Part shown: positions 61,824 to 64,000 of the stretch, one piece after another
How positions within the stretch are numbered: position 1 is the first letter of the stretch
Layout of the letters: each line of letters opens with the position of its first letter
Assembly (NCBI RefSeq): GCF_044704955.1
Contig: NW_027254464.1
Coordinates: 1 to 64,000, forward strand
Origin: Pristiophorus japonicus
Lineage: Eukaryota
DNA: 64,000 nucleotides
Reading direction: 5' to 3'
Translations under genes and position numbers: made by a program
The notes under the pieces: model-generated
The model's input: only the letters and a program-made list of their open reading frames with translations
What the model was told of the DNA's origin: nothing
Databases searched by the model: none

Positions 61824-63330
61824 ACTCTTTTAGGAGTCAACAAAAAACATTAAACCGTGCCCCCCGATCTGGGGGAAACACCAACATTTACAAGGCCCTT
61901 TTTTTTGGGGGGGTTTTTTTTTGGGCACAGAATCAAATTTTTTCCAAGTGCCCCCTATAAAAGGGGAGGGGGACACTAAAAGCACCGGCAATTAAGACAA
62001 ATTAACTTAAAAACATAAAATCAAATTAAAATTTGGTTGCCGGGCGTGATGATGCACTCCGGTCCCTCCGGTGCCTACCTCTCGCGGAAGGCCGTGAGCG
62101 TACCGGTGGACACCGTGTGCTCCATCTCCAAGGACACCCTGGACCGGATGTATGCGCGGAAGAGAGGCAGGCAGTCTGGCTGAACGACCCCCTCGACCGC
62201 CCGCTGCCTGGACCGGCTGATGGCCCCCTTGGCCGTGCCCAGGAGCAGTCCTACCAGGAGGCCCTCGGACCTACCCGCTCCCCTCCGCACAGGGGTGCCC
62301 GAAGATCAGGAGTGTGGGACTGAAGTGCAGCCAGAATTTTAGGAGCAGCCCCTTTAAATAACAGAACAGGGGCTGCAACCTCGTGCACTCAATAAAAACA
62401 TGGAACACGGACTCTTCCAGACCGCAGAAATTGCAGGCGGCCTGGAAGCCCATGAACCGGCTTAAAAATTTATTGCACGGCACTGCTCCGTGCACCACCC
62501 TCCAGGCCAAGTCCCCGACAAATAGTGGGAGGACCCCTGCGTAGAGTGCCCTCCATCGGGGACCCCCGCCTCCTCCGGACGGCAAGATAGTATGCCATGG
62601 CGTGTCCGGACGGGAGGCGAGGATGACAAAGTTGAGAGTGTGCAGGAGCAGCCCGTACAGGAAACCCCTCCGCGCGGAACTGAAAAGCACGGAGGGGATT
62701 TCCCAGAGACGGCTCAAGTTGTGAGGCGCCGGCCCCCGAGGGAGGTTCCGGGGTTTGGCGCCAATGAGGAATTCCGTCCAGACGGGGGTCAGTTCGGACG
62801 GGATCTCCCCACATGCTTGAGCCTCCTCAATGCACCAAACGGAGTCGGGGCCCAAAGCTCTTTTAAGCGACTCGATGGCATCGGCCGCGTGGCGGACGTT
62901 GGCAGAATTTAGGCGCCGCGCCAGCGTGTCTGGCGCCATCCAGCCCACTCCTCCGCCATCGAGCAGGTACCTGACACTGGCCACCTCACCAGCCACAGCC
63001 CTCTCGTCCGACCGCCACCTAAAACCTTGGTCGTGGAGGTATGGATTCCCAAGCAGCGGCTCCTGCAGGACGGCCACCACTCCAGCCGGTGGAGAGCTGC
63101 GCTTGGTGGAGACTTTGTTCCAGACCCTGATGAGTTCCTTGTAAAAGACAGGCAGCTCCCGGAGGGCGGTCCTGACGCCCCCCACACTCACAAACAGGAG
63201 CTGCGTGTCGTAATTGAGGCCGTGCTGCTGGCGGAAGAAATACATCGCCAGAGCACGCCACCTACGAGGGGGCTCGACGTAAAGGTATCTCTGTAGGGTC
63301 TGAAGACGGAAAGTCGCGAGCTGGGTGCTG
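61824..63330 (-). mobile_element. Second Tx1 copy (3' portion), head-to-tail with the first
   Basis: ORF 62271-63425 aligns closely with the C-terminal part of 55059-56825 and the 3' UTR is similar; interrupted at about 63331. Confidence 0.92.
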
Positions 63331-64000
63331 ACATAGAAACATAGAAACATAGAAAATAGGTGCAGGAGCAGGCCATTCAGCCCTTCTAGCCTGCACCGCC
63401 ATTCAATGAGTTCATGGCTGAACATGCAACTTCACTACCCCATTCCTGCTTTCACGCCATACCCCTTGATCCCCCGAGTAGTAAGGACTTCATCTAACTC
63501 CCTTTTGAATATATTTAGTGAATTGGCCTCAACTACTTTCTGTGGTAGAGAATTCCACAGGTTCACCACTCTCTGGGTGAAGAAGTTTCTCCCTATCTCG
63601 GTCTTAAATGCCTTACCCCTTATCCTTAGTCTGTGACCTCTGGTTCTGGACTTCCCCAACATTGGGAACATTCTTCCTGCATCCAATCTGTCCAAACCCG
63701 TCAGAATTTTAAACGTTTCTATGAGGTCCCCTCTCACTCTTCTGAACTCCAGTGAATACAAGCCCAGTTGATCCAGTCTTTCTTGATAGGTCAGTCCCAC
63801 CATCCCGAGAATCAGTCTGGTGAACCTTCGCTGCACTCCCTCAATAGCAAGAATGTCCTTCCTCAAGTTAGGAGACCAAAACTGTACACAATACTCCAGG
63901 TGTGGCCTCACCAAGGCCCTGTACAACTGTAGCAACACCTCCCTGCCCCTGTACTCAAATCCCCTCACTATGAAGGCCAACATGCCATTTGATTTCTTAA
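63331..64000 (-). mobile_element. Young CR1/HER1-like 3' end inserted into the second Tx1 copy
   Basis: (CATAGAAA)3 tail at 63331-63355; ORF 63435-63983. Confidence 0.93.

Noticed and set aside
55071-63296. Many overlapping plus-strand and alternate-frame ORFs in the Tx1 region
   Set aside because: Expected shadow ORFs in GC-rich coding DNA; no recognisable domains.

Overview
Repeat-dense vertebrate DNA, most consistent with a cartilaginous fish (shark-type CR1/HER1 LINE tails, Deu-domain SINEs, a shark IgM-like exon). The species cannot be fixed from sequence alone. Most of the window is decayed CR1 LINEs, plus L2, Penelope-like and RTE-type fragments, SINEs and several minisatellites, with two assembly gaps. 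Host-gene content: (1) a frameshifted, apparently isolated IgM heavy-chain C-mu2-like exon (9917-10227, minus); (2) an intact class A GPCR ORF (17239-18207, plus) that lacks several canonical motifs, with a candidate TATA promoter and 5' non-coding exon; (3) an inverted, pseudogenised paralogue of that GPCR (33150-34105, minus). The most striking structure is at 54.6-64 kb: a head-to-tail array of Tx1-clade retrotransposons inserted antisense into one 14-bp site (TCCTTGTGCATGAA) of a CR1 ORF2. That motif recurs at all three visible junctions, suggesting a LINE that specifically targets another LINE. Repeat boundaries are approximate (read by eye), and family assignments rest on motif recall, not database searches.
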